The notes under the pieces were generated by a model. The model did not search any database. It was not told the origin of the DNA and saw nothing but the letters and a program-made list of their open reading frames with translations. The translations under genes were made by a program, and so were the position numbers. Shown here one piece after another: positions 43,839 through 54,349 of a DNA stretch of 64,000 bases. Position 1 is the first letter of the stretch. Each line of letters begins with the position of its first letter. The DNA is taken from the NCBI GenBank assembly GCA_963845565.1, contig CAWJSJ010000006.1:32001-96000 (forward strand), in the 5' to 3' direction. The stretch is from an uncultured Methylomirabilota bacterium. GTDB taxonomy: Bacteria; Methylomirabilota; Methylomirabilia; Methylomirabilales; 2-02-FULL-66-22.

Positions 43839-45614
43839 GTGAGCGCGAAGCGGTCGCAGCGTCCGCCGGTGGAGGTTCCGGGGTTCCGGCAACCGACCGA
43901 CGGAGCGACCGGCGGTTTCGGGTGGCGCCTCCCGTTCGCGTGGATCGCCGTGTCGGCCGTGGTGTTGCGCGGCCTTGCCTGGTTCTCGTATGACCCGGTG
44001 ACATTCGACAGTGCGGTCTATTTCGAGATGGCCGCGCTGTTCCGGGACGGGCGCTGGGCAGAGGCGCTCGCCTACGACTATCCGCCCCTGTACCCGCTTC
44101 TCATCGCCGGCCTGCAAGGGATGGTGGGGCGTGCGGACGCGGCAGGGGTGCTCGTTGCCGCGGTCGCCGATTTGGCGATCCTGGTTCCGATCTTTGCGAT
44201 CGCCCGTCTGGCGGTGGACGAGGCTGCCGCCTGGGGTGCGGCGTTCCTGTGGGTGGCACACCTTTCCGCAATTCGCCTTGGCGTCCAGGCTCTCTCGGAT
44301 GCCCCGACGGCCCTGTTCGTCGTTATCGCGATCTACGCAGGACTCCGGGCGCTCCGCGCGCGTCGGTTCGTGTGGGCGTGGGGGGCCGGGATGGCCGGCG
44401 GGCTGGCGTTTCTTTGCCGACCCGAGGGGCTCGAGCCCGTCGTCGGCCTGGCCCTGTTCTATGCCCTGTACGCGGATCCGTCGGCCCAGAGCCCGGCCCA
44501 TACCGGCCGAGCCCCGCTCGGCGCTCGGCGCTCGACTCTCGAGACGCCGTATCCCGCTCACGCCCCCGCGGCCTCATCTCGCGCCCATCAGGTCATCCAT
44601 CGAATGGGCTGGGTCCTGGCCCCGTTGATGGGGTGGGCACTCGTCGCCGGACCCTACGTCGCGTACATCAGTGTTGAGGCGGGTTCATTTACACTGTCCA
44701 AGAAGAAGAGCGCTGCGAGCATTGTTCGGTCATCGGTTCGGCTGCCCCTTGCCGAGAGTCACGCGCCGAGCGCCCGGAGCCCAGAGCCGAGCGGTGAGAG
44801 CCGAGAGTCGGGAGCGGGGGGTCGAGACCTGCGAGCCGCGAACGGTGACGCGCGGGCGGAGCGGACAGTGGCGCCGTCGCCGGGACAGGGTGCGGCGCGT
44901 CGGTTGTGGGCACGCGTGGACGCCTTTCAGAAGCCGCTCGTCAACGGGTTAACCCCGCTGCTCCTGGTCACAGGGGCTGTGGGGACGGCCGGCATCCTGC
45001 GCCGGCGCGGGGAGCGCTGGAACCGGACCCTCGCACTCCTCTCCGGCTTGTTTATCGTGCACTTCAGTATTCTGGTCGGGCTGGCGGCACAGGCGGGGCC
45101 GGCCTATCTCGGCCGCCACCATTTTCTCCTCATGGCGGTCTATGCGTTGCCGACAGCCGGTGCCGGATTGGCGTGGAGTTGGGTCTGGATGACGGGCAAG
45201 TTCCAGGGGCAGCGGTGGGTCCCCTCGGTCGCGCTCGGCCTGGTCGTCGTCGCGACCGCATTTGCCGTGGTGATCCGCGGCCCGGAACAAGGCCGAAGCC
45301 TTCGGGAGGCCGCCGTCTGGATTCGGTCCCAGGTGGCCGGCACGCCGGTCATCGTGACGAGACTTGCAAAGCTGACGTACCATGCCGGCGCGGAACGCGT
45401 GGATTTGGCGGGGACGTACGACGAGATCCTCCGTCGCGCGCGGGGCCGGTCCGCTCATTTCGTGGCGTTGTACCCGGACCTGGTCCGACTGACCTCGCCG
45501 GACTTCCTGGAGCATCTCCCATCCCCCGACCTGGAGCTGGCGCAGGTGTTTCCAGAGCCATCGCGAAACGCGCCGGACCAACGGCTCGAGATCTACCGAA
45601 TCCGTCCGCGATGA
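43839..45614 (+). CDS. GT-C fold membrane glycosyltransferase (ArnT/PMT-like) with two repeat-derived inserts
   Basis: DSAVY...YPPLYP, ALSDAP, AFLCRPEG, multiple TM helices. Confidence 0.7.
   Translation: MSAKRSQRPPVEVPGFRQPTDGATGGFGWRLPFAWIAVSAVVLRGLAWFSYDPVTFDSAVYFEMAALFRDGRWAEALAYDYPPLYPLLIAGLQGMVGRADAAGVLVAAVADLAILVPIFAIARLAVDEAAAWGAAFLWVAHLSAIRLGVQALSDAPTALFVVIAIYAGLRALRARRFVWAWGAGMAGGLAFLCRPEGLEPVVGLALFYALYADPSAQSPAHTGRAPLGARRSTLETPYPAHAPAASSRAHQVIHRMGWVLAPLMGWALVAGPYVAYISVEAGSFTLSKKKSAASIVRSSVRLPLAESHAPSARSPEPSGESRESGAGGRDLRAANGDARAERTVAPSPGQGAARRLWARVDAFQKPLVNGLTPLLLVTGAVGTAGILRRRGERWNRTLALLSGLFIVHFSILVGLAAQAGPAYLGRHHFLLMAVYALPTAGAGLAWSWVWMTGKFQGQRWVPSVALGLVVVATAFAVVIRGPEQGRSLREAAVWIRSQVAGTPVIVTRLAKLTYHAGAERVDLAGTYDEILRRARGRSAHFVALYPDLVRLTSPDFLEHLPSPDLELAQVFPEPSRNAPDQRLEIYRIRPR
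44513..44547. repeat. Intragenic heptamer repeat, left arm
   Basis: CCCGCTC GGCGCTC GGCGCTC GACTCTC GAGACGC. Confidence 0.6.
44768..44844. repeat. Intragenic heptamer repeat, right arm (11 degenerate units)
   Basis: GAGCGCC CGGAGCC CAGAGCC GAGCGGT GAGAGCC GAGAGTC GGGAGCG ... GCGAGCC GCGAACG. Confidence 0.65.
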
Positions 45615-45744
45615 AGGACGGGCGCCCGCGGTCCGTTCTTGGGGCCCCCAACGGTTGTTCGCGGGGCATCGGCCGGGGTAAACGGCGCGTGTTGTGTCGC
45701 GGGGCTTGCGTGGTCGCATGGCAACGGAATCGGAGGTATGCAAC

Positions 45745-47649
45745 GTGCCGGGATTACCCCCAGAGCAGTTAGGTATCCCCCCACGACAGGTCGACCGCAG
45801 ATGGTTGCGGCTGGTGTCTGACTGGCTGCCTATCCTGTTGGTTGTCGTCATCGTCTGCATCATGGCCGCGTATACCTACCAGCAATACCTCACCACGTCA
45901 CGCGCACGATGGGACGGCAGCGTCCACGACCGGCATGGCCATTACGCGTACGGTCTGAAGATGGCACTCGCCCTCCGCCAGGGCGATGTCGGTGGTTTCC
46001 TCGCTGAGCTGGAAAAAGGGAAAGTCTGGCCGCCTTTCCACGGGGTATTGGTGGCGGTCGTCCTATCGCTTGGACGCCTCCACCACGACTGGGCAGTGCT
46101 TCCCAGCCTTCTGGGTTGGATCATGACAGTCCTGTTCGGCTTTCTGCTCGCGCGCAGCGTGCAGCCCAGTCGGCGCGCGGGCCTTGCGGCCGGCGCGGTA
46201 GCCTGCGTGTTCATCGCCGCAAGCCCCGCGTACCGGGCCTTCGCGACGGACGTCATGCTGGAAAGCCTCGGTGCCGGGCTGACGCTCCTGGCGCTTTATT
46301 GCCATAGTCTGGCCGTGCAAAACAAGAACTTGCCGTGGCCGTGGAGGTGGCTCGGTCTCGCCCTGACCGTCCTTTTCCTCGAAAAATACAACTACTGGCT
46401 GCTGGTGGTCCTCGCGTTATGCGTCGCCCATTTCAGCGTCCACCCGCGTCAATACCTTCGCACGGTCGTCAGTGCGGCACGCGGCTTCGACTGGCGTCGG
46501 TGGGGCAGGGAGCAAGCTCGCCACCCCCTCACCTACCTCTTTCTGGGTATCGTGGTCCTCGTGGCGTTCCTCTTTGCGAAAGGCCCGACGAGCGTGCAGG
46601 TGGCCGGGAATCGCGTTTCGCTCTACCCGCCGAACAATCTGGTCACCGTCGGATACGCCATCGCGCTCCTGCGCCTGATTCTCGCCGCGAGACGGCCGCA
46701 CTCCGCGTGGATTGCCCGCCTCACCGCGCCGGCCAGGCAGTTGTTGTGGTGGCACGTGTTGCCCGTTGGGCTCTCGTTCCTCCTCCCGCAACGCCTGAGC
46801 GCGTTCCTCTGGTACCTTGGACCGACGAATTACGGCGACGCGCCGGTGCGCGACCCCATACACGCCGGGGCGTTTTATCTCGCGACGCTCTCCGAGGACT
46901 ACCATGCCGGCGTGTGGAGTGTTGTGTTGGTGATCGGGTTGTTGTCCGCGGCGGCCTTCTTCAGTCGAAATATGGGCCCAGACGGGCGGGCGGTTCTTTT
47001 TGTCGTGTTGATCGGTGCGGTGCTCGTGATTCTTCACCCGAATCAGAAGAGCCGCTTCTTGCATTCGTGGGTCGCGGTGGCGTGGGTTGCGGCCGGGATA
47101 GGGTTCGCGTGTTCCTTGCGCAGCCGTATCCTCAATGGCTTGCCCGGACTCCGCGTGGTGTTCGCGCTCGGTTTCGTCGCAATCCTCTCCTGGGGACATT
47201 ATGCGGACTGGTTCGCCCCGGGACATTCGCCAGAGGTCGGGCACCGCAACAGCACCGCAAGCCTATTGGATTTGACCGACACCTACTTACCCTACGTGGC
47301 GGATTCGCAACGCCTGACATTCTTCACCACGGTACCGGCCGGATCCGTGCTTCAATGGACGTATCTCGAGCGCTATCACCGTCGCAACGCGGTCGAAGTG
47401 GTTCAGTGGGGCGCGGGCGCAACAGCGGTGCAGCTCCGCGACCGATTCCGCGCGTGGCTTGCGTCGACCCAATCCGACACCATTATCTTTGTTGACATTC
47501 CTCCAGGTTCCTATTTTTTTGCAGACGTGGGGCAAGAAACCTACGGCGGGCTCGAGGAACTCTTGGCGGAACAGACGGTTTTCCGGCAGTCGCATCGGTG
47601 GGATCTGGCCCGTTATGGGTGCAGGATCACGCTCTGGCGGCGAGGGTGA
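45745..47649 (+). CDS. Multi-TM membrane protein, probable GT-C glycosyltransferase
   Basis: HDRHGH...WPPFH, TDVMLE, FLEKYNY, NQKSRF; GTG start after GGAGG is tentative. Confidence 0.62.
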   Translation: MPGLPPEQLGIPPRQVDRRWLRLVSDWLPILLVVVIVCIMAAYTYQQYLTTSRARWDGSVHDRHGHYAYGLKMALALRQGDVGGFLAELEKGKVWPPFHGVLVAVVLSLGRLHHDWAVLPSLLGWIMTVLFGFLLARSVQPSRRAGLAAGAVACVFIAASPAYRAFATDVMLESLGAGLTLLALYCHSLAVQNKNLPWPWRWLGLALTVLFLEKYNYWLLVVLALCVAHFSVHPRQYLRTVVSAARGFDWRRWGREQARHPLTYLFLGIVVLVAFLFAKGPTSVQVAGNRVSLYPPNNLVTVGYAIALLRLILAARRPHSAWIARLTAPARQLLWWHVLPVGLSFLLPQRLSAFLWYLGPTNYGDAPVRDPIHAGAFYLATLSEDYHAGVWSVVLVIGLLSAAAFFSRNMGPDGRAVLFVVLIGAVLVILHPNQKSRFLHSWVAVAWVAAGIGFACSLRSRILNGLPGLRVVFALGFVAILSWGHYADWFAPGHSPEVGHRNSTASLLDLTDTYLPYVADSQRLTFFTTVPAGSVLQWTYLERYHRRNAVEVVQWGAGATAVQLRDRFRAWLASTQSDTIIFVDIPPGSYFFADVGQETYGGLEELLAEQTVFRQSHRWDLARYGCRITLWRRG

Positions 47650-47944
47650 GGTGACCGGCGCCTTCGTCGCGGACAGCGTCACGGGGACCCGAGGGTCGTC
47701 TTGCAGGCCTGCCATCTCCATCGGGACGCGTGCGATGAGGAGCCGTGTTTGGATTCGGGGCGCACCTGGAGTGGCTCGTGTGGATCTCGGGTGGTTCGTC
47801 TCCATGACAAACCATCACCGCGGGCCGTGGAATGCCGGAAATCCGTTGTCTTTCCGAGCACGCTGGGGTACCCTCCCATCCCGCTGTTCGCTGATTCCCC
47901 GCGATGGTTCCGGCATTACCCGCGGTAAGGAAACCTGAACTGAT

Positions 47945-49768
47945 ATGCAGACACCCTGGCAGCAATTCCGCCGTTTTCTCCGATCTGCCGTCCCCTACCG
48001 GGCGCGGATCGCATTCTCCATCGGCTGTCTCCTGTTCATCGCGCTCCTGAACGCTGTGTCCGTCGGGGCGCTCCAGCCCGTTTTTGATGCGCTGTTCGCC
48101 TCCGAGGGCACGGGAACCGGAATCAGTCTGCCGACGCCCATCAGGCACATGTTGGGGAGTCGATTGGCTCTCCTGCAAAAATTCCTGGACGCCCACGGTG
48201 TGAGCGTGTTCCACTTCTTGGGCGTGATCCTCTTCCTGGTCTTTCTCGCCAAATCGGCGTTGACATACGTCCAGCAGGTTCAGATGCGCCACGTGTCCGA
48301 GGGGATCCAGCGGGATATTCGAAACGAGCTCTATGCCCACGTCCAAACCCTTCCCCTCAACGTCTTCACGCGGCGCGCCACCGGCGATATCATGTCCCGG
48401 TTCAGCGCCGACATCCAAACGCTGGGCGACGCCTCCAACGAGTTATTCCGCGATGCCCTGAAAGAGCCCCTGAACATCCTCGGCTTCATCGTGGTCCTGT
48501 TCATGATCAAGTGGGAACTCGCGCTGCTGTCCTTGGTCGTCCTCCCCGTGGCGGTCTTGCCGATCGCGAAGTTCGGTTCCAAGATCCGTCGACGAGGCAC
48601 ACGGGCCCAGGAGTGGCGCGCCGAGGTGAATACCATCCTGCAGGAGACCATCTCCGGCATCCGGGTGGTCAAGGCCTTCGGGATGGAGGAGTACGAGAAG
48701 CGACGCTTCCGCGAGGCGAGCCAGCAGGTCTTCCGGGCCCTCATGCGGATCTGGCGCGTGGAAACGCTGACGTCTCCCGTCCTAGAGGTCTTGGGTGGGA
48801 TCGGGATCATCATCGCCTTCGGGGTCGGGGGGCACCTCGTCAGCATCAAGAGCCTCACCCCCGGGGCGTTCATGGCGTTCCTCGGCGCGCTGGCTTCGCT
48901 GTACCAGCCCGTGAAGCGGATCGGCCAGATCAACAACGTGGTCCAGCGGGGTCTGGCAGGCATGGGGCGGGTCTTCGAGCTCTTGGACACCCGTTCCGAG
49001 GTGCCGGCCCACGCGGATGCCGTTACGCTGGGGCGGATGCAGGAGGGCGTGGCGTTCCACCGGGTGTCGTTCGGGTATGAGCCCGAGCGGCTGGTGCTGC
49101 GCGAGGTGACCTTCACCGCGAAAATGGGCGAGATCGTCGCCATCGTGGGGACGAGCGGCGCCGGAAAAACGACGTTGGTCAACCTCATCCCGCGGTTTTA
49201 CGATCCGATTTCCGGCGCGATCACGATTGACGGCGTGGATGTGGCCCGGGCGACGCTCCCCTCGCTGCGCCAGCAGATGGGGATCGTCACGCAGGAAACG
49301 ATTCTCTTCGACGATACGATCTTCAATAATATCGCCTATGGCCAAGGCGACGTGCCGCCCGAACAGGTCATGGCGGCCGCCCGGATTGCGAACGCCACCG
49401 AGTTTATCGAGGCGCTTCCCGAGGGGTATCAGACCCGCATCGGTGAGCGCGGCGTCCGCCTCTCCGGCGGGCAGCGGCAGCGGATCGCCATCGCCCGAGC
49501 GATCCAGAAGAACCCGCCAATTCTTATCTTGGACGAGGCAACCTCGGCACTGGACGCCGAGTCGGAGCGACTCGTCCAGGAGGCGCTCGATCGCCTCATG
49601 GTGAATCGCACGACCTTCGTCATTGCCCATCGCCTCTCCACCATCATCCGGGCCGATACGATCCTGGTATTGGACGAGGGGCGACTGATTGAGCACGGAA
49701 CCCACGTCGAGCTCATGGCAACGGGCGGGGCGTACAGCCGACTGTACCAGAGCCAAATGTTGAGTTGA
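47945..49768 (+). CDS. MsbA-like ABC exporter (fused TMD and NBD)
   Basis: GDIMSRF, GIRVVKAF, GTSGAGKTT, PRFYDP, LSGGQRQR, LDEATSALD. Confidence 0.9.
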   Translation: MQTPWQQFRRFLRSAVPYRARIAFSIGCLLFIALLNAVSVGALQPVFDALFASEGTGTGISLPTPIRHMLGSRLALLQKFLDAHGVSVFHFLGVILFLVFLAKSALTYVQQVQMRHVSEGIQRDIRNELYAHVQTLPLNVFTRRATGDIMSRFSADIQTLGDASNELFRDALKEPLNILGFIVVLFMIKWELALLSLVVLPVAVLPIAKFGSKIRRRGTRAQEWRAEVNTILQETISGIRVVKAFGMEEYEKRRFREASQQVFRALMRIWRVETLTSPVLEVLGGIGIIIAFGVGGHLVSIKSLTPGAFMAFLGALASLYQPVKRIGQINNVVQRGLAGMGRVFELLDTRSEVPAHADAVTLGRMQEGVAFHRVSFGYEPERLVLREVTFTAKMGEIVAIVGTSGAGKTTLVNLIPRFYDPISGAITIDGVDVARATLPSLRQQMGIVTQETILFDDTIFNNIAYGQGDVPPEQVMAAARIANATEFIEALPEGYQTRIGERGVRLSGGQRQRIAIARAIQKNPPILILDEATSALDAESERLVQEALDRLMVNRTTFVIAHRLSTIIRADTILVLDEGRLIEHGTHVELMATGGAYSRLYQSQMLS

Positions 49769-50006
49769 GGGGCCGCCGGGAGCGGCGGACGGCGTGCCGC
49801 GGGTTGAGGACCGCCCATTCGATTGGTCTCGCGTGACCGTCGACCTGCACGCACGGGTGGAGTTGCCTGCCGTCAGGAACGGCACTCCTTCGGGCCGGGT
49901 GACCTCCGCGTCCGACATGACTGCACTCACGGAATCTGATCGACCCAACACGGGACGGGATCACTGAGGGGCGCCTGGACGGCCATGTGTGGGGAGGAAA
50001 CGCCCG

Positions 50007-51188
50007 GTGCGCATCTGTCTGTACACGAGCACGGCCCTTCCGCTTGTCGGCGGCCAGGAAACCGTGGTCGATGCCCTCGCCCGGCGTTTTGTGCATGCCG
50101 GCCACGACGTCGCGGTGCTGGCCCCTCGGCCCAGCCGCGTCCGGGACTTGGGCGATGAGACGTTGCCATACTCGGTGTTCCGTCATCCCCGTTTCGTCTC
50201 CACGTGGCGGTTTGTCTCTTGGTACCGCTGGTGGCTGCGGCGATTGAATCGGCAATGGGCTTTCGATGTCGTCCACGCCCACGATGTCTATCCCACGGGC
50301 TACCTCGCGTCTCTGCTGCGGGACCGCCTCCGGTGCCCGCTGGTGATCACGAGTCATGATGGAGACGTGGTGGGGGGAGGGCCGCGGCTCGGCCGGCCCG
50401 GGGTTCGCGCAGCCCACGTCATGGCCCTTGCGAACGCGTCCTGCCTGATTGCCATCAGCCGCGCAATACGCGATGCCTATGTGAAGCTCTTGCCGGCCGC
50501 GGCGGCGAAGATCGTTCTGCTGCCCAACGGGGTGGAGGTTGGCAGCCTTCGGGACCGCGTCGCCCGGCCCGCGGACCTTGATGCCTCCATCCGAACTGGT
50601 CGCTACCTGTTGTTTCTCGGCCGCCTGGCTCATCGAAAGGGGGCCGACCTGATCCTGCATGCGCTTTCCCGGGTGGCGGCCGGCGAGGGGGTTGAGCTCG
50701 TGTTGGCGGGGGATGGGCCGGAGCGAGGCACACTCGAGCAGTTGACTGCCGACCTGAACCTCACGCAGCGCGTGCGGTTCGTGGGTCTCGTTTCCGGTGA
50801 GAGGAAACGCTATCTGCTGCAAAACGCCAGCTGCCTGGTTGTGCCGTCTCGCCTGTGGGAGGGGATGCCCCTGGTGGTGTTGGAGGGTTTTGCCGCAGGC
50901 CGACCCGTGATCGCTAGCCAATTGGTCGGGATGGACGACGTGATTTCGGACGGACAGACCGGATTCCTGGTCCCGCCAGAATCCCCGGAAGCGCTCGCCG
51001 CGCAGTTGGAGGCCGCGTTGCGGAACCCGGCGCAAATGGACGCCTGCGGCGCGCGGGCGCAAGCGGTCGCGGCAGGCTTCGGCTGGGACGCCATCGCGGC
51101 CCGCCATCTTCACCTGTACGCGGAGGTGGGGACAGCCGCGTCGCATGTCCCACAGTCCGAGGTGCCCCTCACCAGCGGGCGGTCTTGA
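50007..51188 (+). CDS. Glycosyltransferase family 4
   Basis: PLVGGQE, DVVHAH, LPNGV, GRLAHRKG, EGMPLVVLEG. Confidence 0.9.
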   Translation: MRICLYTSTALPLVGGQETVVDALARRFVHAGHDVAVLAPRPSRVRDLGDETLPYSVFRHPRFVSTWRFVSWYRWWLRRLNRQWAFDVVHAHDVYPTGYLASLLRDRLRCPLVITSHDGDVVGGGPRLGRPGVRAAHVMALANASCLIAISRAIRDAYVKLLPAAAAKIVLLPNGVEVGSLRDRVARPADLDASIRTGRYLLFLGRLAHRKGADLILHALSRVAAGEGVELVLAGDGPERGTLEQLTADLNLTQRVRFVGLVSGERKRYLLQNASCLVVPSRLWEGMPLVVLEGFAAGRPVIASQLVGMDDVISDGQTGFLVPPESPEALAAQLEAALRNPAQMDACGARAQAVAAGFGWDAIAARHLHLYAEVGTAASHVPQSEVPLTSGRS

Positions 51189-51263
51189 CCGGTACCCAGT
51201 TGCGCGCAGAGACCTCCCGTCTGCACGGGAGGAGCCTGTCCCGCTCGACCGTGGGTCGTCGGG

Positions 51264-52514
51264 ATGCTCAGGGCGGTGATCATTGAGATGGCGAGTCAGG
51301 AATTGACCCGGCAGACGCCCGTCACGTTGAATCGTGGGACGATCGGCTCCACCTCACGGCCGATCAGGGTTCTCTACCTCCACGCGTTCAGTCAGATGGG
51401 AGGCGCGGAGTGGGCCCTCCTCCGCCTGGTCGAAGCGATCGGGGCCTTGGGGGTCGCCCCCATCGCGGTCTGGCCGCGGGGCGACAAGGGCCGTCAATGG
51501 CTTGCCGCTCGCGGGATTCCGGCCGTCACGCTCACGGTGCCCCGATGGCGGCACGGGCTGTCGCTCTGCGTCCTCCCGGTTTTTCTGGCGCGACTTCGCA
51601 GCGCCCTGGCCGGGAAACCCGTGGATCTCGTTCACGTGAACAATTTTCGTTCGGCACCGTTCGGGCACCTCGTCTCGCGGTGGGCCGGGGTCCCCTGCGT
51701 GGCCACGGTCCGAGAACAGGTCTCGCCGGAAAAGATCCGGCAGTATCGGCTGCAGCGGCCGGATGCGCTGATCGCCGTCTCGGATGCCGTCGCGCGGAAC
51801 CTGGCGGACGGCGGCGTTCCGGCAGACCGCGTCACGACGATCCGGTCCGGCGTGGCACACGGCAGGGACCGCGACGACGCCGAGCGACGCGGCCTGCGAG
51901 AACAGTTCGCCATTTCGGCCGGCGACCCGGTGATCGGCATTGTCGCCCACATCCTCCCGCACAAGGGATACGACGACTTGGTAGAGGCTCTGGCGCTCAT
52001 TGTCCGCCAGTTTCCGGCCGTGCGGTGCCTGGTGATCGGGGGGGCGCCCCGGCGACGGTATTATCGCCAGTTCCTGGCGCTCGCCGAGCGTCGAGCGGTG
52101 CGGGACCGACTGGTCCTGGCCGGTCCCCAGGAGGATGTCCCGCGATTCCTCGATGCGATGGACGCGTTCGTCCTGCCCTCGCATACCGAAGGGCTTCCGC
52201 TGACGGTCCTCGAGGCGATGGCGGCGGGGAGGCCGGTGATCGCCACCGCCGTCGGGGGGATTCCCGAGGCCGTCCGCCACGGGGAAACCGGCCTGGTCGT
52301 GCCGCCTCGTGACCCCGGGCGACTCGCCGAGGCCGTGGTCGCCGTGCTCAAGGACCCTGTCTTGGCCAGGGCCATGGGGGCGGCCGGCCGGACTCGCGCC
52401 CGAGAGTTTTTTTCGCTGGACAGCGAAGCCCGACAGACCCGCGCGGTGTACGATGGCGTCGTGGGAGGCCGGCGGTCGTCCGGGTCCGATCACGGCAGGG
52501 AGGCCGGGTCGTGA
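51264..52514 (+). CDS. Glycosyltransferase family 4
   Basis: MGGAE, IAVS, PHKG, LPSHTEGLPLTVLEAMAAG; start uncertain. Confidence 0.9.
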   Translation: MLRAVIIEMASQELTRQTPVTLNRGTIGSTSRPIRVLYLHAFSQMGGAEWALLRLVEAIGALGVAPIAVWPRGDKGRQWLAARGIPAVTLTVPRWRHGLSLCVLPVFLARLRSALAGKPVDLVHVNNFRSAPFGHLVSRWAGVPCVATVREQVSPEKIRQYRLQRPDALIAVSDAVARNLADGGVPADRVTTIRSGVAHGRDRDDAERRGLREQFAISAGDPVIGIVAHILPHKGYDDLVEALALIVRQFPAVRCLVIGGAPRRRYYRQFLALAERRAVRDRLVLAGPQEDVPRFLDAMDAFVLPSHTEGLPLTVLEAMAAGRPVIATAVGGIPEAVRHGETGLVVPPRDPGRLAEAVVAVLKDPVLARAMGAAGRTRAREFFSLDSEARQTRAVYDGVVGGRRSSGSDHGREAGS

Positions 52515-54262
52515 CGCCCTTCGCCCCGGTGACGCCGCCGATCACCCGCGGACGCGACTGGACCCTGGACGCGCTGTGGTTGCTGATCGTCGTCGGCGTT
52601 TCGTCAGCCTGGTGCGTGACGGCCGCCAACCAACTGGGCGCGACGTTCGACGAGCCCTTCTATCTTGCGCAGGGTCTCGAGTTCTGGCGGACCGGAAGCC
52701 ATGCCCGGCTCCTGAGCAAGGGCACCATGCCCCTGGCGGTGGACTTGACCACCTTCCCGCTGTACCTGTGGGAGCGATGGGGAGGGTTTCGTTTCGATCT
52801 GGTCGGCGATTTCGATCGCGTGCTCGTGGTGGCACGAGTCGGGACCCTTGTGTTTTGGTGGCTGCTGCTGGGATACGGATGGCTGGTGGGGCGCCTGCTG
52901 GGCGGGCCATGGGGAGGGCGGCTGGCGATCGTGCTGCTCGCGGCCGAACCGAGCTTGCTGGGCCACGCCAGTCTGGCCACCACGGATATCGCCGTGACGG
53001 CCTGTCTGATGGCACTGGTGTATCACGGTGCCGTCGGACGCGAGGCGGGGTGGTGGCGGCGCGTTGCGATTCCCGCCGTCTGGTACGCGGCTGCCGTGCT
53101 GGCGAAGGCCTCCGGCCTGGTCTTCGGTCCGCTGTGCCTCGTGGTCGTCGAGGTCGAGCGGCTTGCGCGGGCCGGGGCGTTCCGGTCGGGCGTCGTCACC
53201 CGGTCGCCGTGGGAGCGCCTCCGGCACGCGTGGCGGCAATTGCGGCCGTTCCGCCGAGACCTGGTGCGGATCATGGGCCTTGGCCTGGTGCTGGTGTTTG
53301 TGTACTGCGGCAGCGATTGGAGCGCCGAGCCATCGTTTGTGGCGTGGGCGCAATCCTTGCCCGACGGCCCGACGGGCCAGACGATGCGATGGATCGCCGA
53401 GCACTTGCGAATCTTTACGAATGCGGGACAGGGACTGGTGAAGCAGATCCAGCACAACATCCGAGGACACTCCGTGTTCCTGCTCGGGGAGGCGCGGCCG
53501 CGCGCGTTCTGGTATTATTTCCCGGTGGCCTTGAGCATCAAGATGACGCTCACCGCGCTGTTGCTTCCCCTGGCGGTTGCCGTGATCCACCCGCGCGCAC
53601 TCCGGAACTGGGCTGTGCTGGCCGCCCTCGCGCTCCTGGTCTTCAGTCTCACCTCCCGGGTGCAAATCGGCGTGCGGATGGTCCTGCCCATGGTGGCGCT
53701 GGGCCTCGTGGGAGTGGCCGCGTCGGTCGCGACGGCATGTCGAGAGCTGGGCCCGGGGTGGCGGCGACGCCTTCTCGCCTCCGGGGCCGTTGCCGGGGTC
53801 ATCTGGACGGTTTTCGCGTCCGCCCTGGTATGGCCCCATGGCCTCTGCTACGCCAACGAGCTGTGGGGAGGCACCGAAAACGGATATCTCCATCTGAGCG
53901 ACTCGAACTACGACTGGGGCCAAGGGCTTCCGGAGCTGGCGCGATGGCAACGATCCCGCGGCGGCCCGCCCGTCGATGTGTGGTACTTCGGGACCGATCC
54001 CGCCCTGAAGCAATTGCCGGTTCGAGAATTGCCGTTGCACGCGTTGCCCCCCATCGCCGGGCCCGAGGATCTGGCGGCGCGAGTGCAGGGCCGCTACCTG
54101 GCGGTGGGCACGACCGAACTCTACGGAGCATACCAGTCGGAGGAGCGGCGACGCCGGTTGGCCTTCCTTCGTGCGCGCCCGCCCGTGGCGCGCACCACGA
54201 CGTTTCTCATCTATGACTTTCCCCGCGAAACCGGTTCCGGCATGGAGAAGCGTGCCCCATGA
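52511..54262 (+). CDS. GT-C fold membrane glycosyltransferase (ArnT/PMT-like)
   Basis: ATFDEP, HASLATTD, LAKASG, WYYFPVA, QIGVR, LSDSNYDWGQ. Confidence 0.75.
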   Translation: MTPFAPVTPPITRGRDWTLDALWLLIVVGVSSAWCVTAANQLGATFDEPFYLAQGLEFWRTGSHARLLSKGTMPLAVDLTTFPLYLWERWGGFRFDLVGDFDRVLVVARVGTLVFWWLLLGYGWLVGRLLGGPWGGRLAIVLLAAEPSLLGHASLATTDIAVTACLMALVYHGAVGREAGWWRRVAIPAVWYAAAVLAKASGLVFGPLCLVVVEVERLARAGAFRSGVVTRSPWERLRHAWRQLRPFRRDLVRIMGLGLVLVFVYCGSDWSAEPSFVAWAQSLPDGPTGQTMRWIAEHLRIFTNAGQGLVKQIQHNIRGHSVFLLGEARPRAFWYYFPVALSIKMTLTALLLPLAVAVIHPRALRNWAVLAALALLVFSLTSRVQIGVRMVLPMVALGLVGVAASVATACRELGPGWRRRLLASGAVAGVIWTVFASALVWPHGLCYANELWGGTENGYLHLSDSNYDWGQGLPELARWQRSRGGPPVDVWYFGTDPALKQLPVRELPLHALPPIAGPEDLAARVQGRYLAVGTTELYGAYQSEERRRRLAFLRARPPVARTTTFLIYDFPRETGSGMEKRAP

Positions 54263-54278
54263 GCGATCGATCGCCGAG
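54178..54278 (+). repeat. 101-bp diverged direct repeat, copy 1
   Basis: Ungapped match to 55151-55251 with about 17 mismatches by hand count; spans the gene end and an ATGA junction. Confidence 0.88.
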
Positions 54279-54349
54279 GGGCCCGTACCCTCAGGGGAAC
54301 CGTTGGCGTGCCGGGGTAGCCGGCGTCGTTTCGAGGAGCGGAGGGTCTC

